Part shown: in pieces, positions 62,945 through 64,000 of the stretch | How positions within the stretch are numbered: the first letter of the stretch is position 1 | How the letters are laid out: each line of letters opens with the position of its first letter | From: Candidatus Binatia bacterium | GTDB taxonomy: Bacteria > Desulfobacterota > Binatia > UBA9968 > CAXXLF01 | Assembly: GCA_963664015.2 (NCBI GenBank) | Contig: CAXXLF010000002.1 | Span: 1,088,001-1,152,000, forward strand | Reading direction: 5' to 3' | DNA: 64,000 nt | Program-made: the position numbers and the translations under genes | The notes under the pieces: model-generated | The model's database searches: none | Seen by the model: the letters and a program-made list of their open reading frames with translations, nothing else | Told to the model about the DNA's origin: nothing

Positions 62945-63366
62945 TTTTCCACTCTTGAGAAGCTTCCCGGTCGTTAAGGATCTTATTACCTAGCAGTTAA
63001 TGTGTCGGCTGCGCGTCGTATTGTTCCTTTTTTTACAGTAAATACCATGCCAAATGGATTAGTGCGGAAAAATAAGGCTTTGCGAGGGGGGACTGTACGA
63101 ATTCGCCCAGGAACCATCTTTGGCGTGATCAATCTTCGTTAAGACCCAAGTCAGCGTTCGTCACCTCTTTCTAATTTAGCGAAATAGTTTTTTTGACCCG
63201 GGTTTCTGACAGAGCGAGTTTCAGCGGATTGCGAAATGCAGTGTCAACCGACTATCTCAGATTTACCCAGTAGAAAGGAACGAAGTCTAAACTGAGGTGG
63301 AGTATCCGATACCGGATTCGAAGGATAACTGAGAGTTGGAAGTCTCGCCCCACGGCTGCAGTACTC

Positions 63367-64000
63367 TCACCCCCAGAGCCGCTTGGTGGCAAGCCTGGCA
63401 CCCTCTACTAAAGACCTTAGTTTGGCCCAAGCGACATCTGCCTGGACCCGGTCACGGCCGGCGAAAGTCCCGAACCCGCAATCGGTACCCCCTATGACGT
63501 TCTCCCGACCCACCACCCCGGCGAACTGCTCGATGCGTTGAGCCACTAACTCAGGGTGCTCTACGAAGTTCGTTGTCGTATCGATCACGCCGGCGATGAG
63601 CACTTTGCCAGGAGGGAGCTTCACCTCTTGCCACACCTGCCACTCATGGGCATGTCGCGGGTTGCAGGACTCCACCACGTAGGCGCCTGCCCGCACCTTC
63701 AGGACCAGGTCGATGATGTCCCGCAACGCTACGTCGTGGGTGTGGGGCCCTTCAAAGTTTCCCCAGCAAATATGGTAGCGAACCTGCTCCTCAGGGATCC
63801 CTGCCAGGGCGTGATTCAGCGCGTCGACCCGAATGGCCTGAGCCCTACGGTACTCATCCAGTGTGCTGTTCCGAAAGCTTACGCTTCGGTCCATGGCGTT
63901 ATCCGGAGCATCGATTTGCACTAACAGTCCCGCTTGTGCGATGGCCTGATACTCTTCCTTCATGGCGTCGGCCAGGGCAAAGAGGTACGCCTCCAAAGAG
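63367..64000 (-). CDS. Second MetE C-terminal-like protein (5' part outside the window)
   Basis: VQIDAPD, HICWGN, NPRHAHEW, VEHPELVAQR, GTDCGFGT. Confidence 0.9.
   Translation of the reverse strand, partial: SLEAYLFALADAMKEEYQAIAQAGLLVQIDAPDNAMDRSVSFRNSTLDEYRRAQAIRVDALNHALAGIPEEQVRYHICWGNFEGPHTHDVALRDIIDLVLKVRAGAYVVESCNPRHAHEWQVWQEVKLPPGKVLIAGVIDTTTNFVEHPELVAQRIEQFAGVVGRENVIGGTDCGFGTFAGRDRVQADVAWAKLRSLVEGARLATKRLWG

Noticed and set aside
63290-63360. GGATTCGAA as a tRNA T-arm
   Set aside because: No cloverleaf can be built around it.

Overview
Bacterial chromosomal window; the gene content resembles Binatia/UBA9968-type 'Deltaproteobacteria', which is inference only. Housekeeping genes are intact: acs (partial), ispF, class I fumarase, rlmD, an RRM protein, a Lon-N protein, a DyP peroxidase and a xanthine-dehydrogenase/CoxSML-family trio. 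They sit among an expanded and partly decaying catabolic repertoire: 4 paralogous bicupins, 2 UbiD decarboxylases plus a fragment, a Rieske oxygenase, 3 amidohydrolase-2 genes plus a fragment, 2 MetE-C-like proteins, 2 luciferase-like oxidoreductases, a class II aldolase, 3 VOC genes and many MFS/ABC transporters. About 17 loci are interrupted by nonsense codons, frameshifts or deletions. Hidden or unusual signals: (1) a peroxiredoxin-like selenoprotein candidate (W-UGA-PYC) split by the ORF caller; (2) a 218-bp TTAA-ended inverted-repeat element carrying two perfect 13-bp hairpins whose loops are mutually complementary; (3) related, nested palindromic elements; (4) a 7-nt-periodic spacer inside the molybdoenzyme operon; (5) a PGM1/BesA-like ATP-grasp ligase overlapping an M20 peptidase; (6) a His-less Rieske-fold gene behind a terminator/ANTAR-like leader. 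I recognised no tRNA, rRNA, CRISPR array, transposase or prophage. All family calls come from motif recognition, not database searches.
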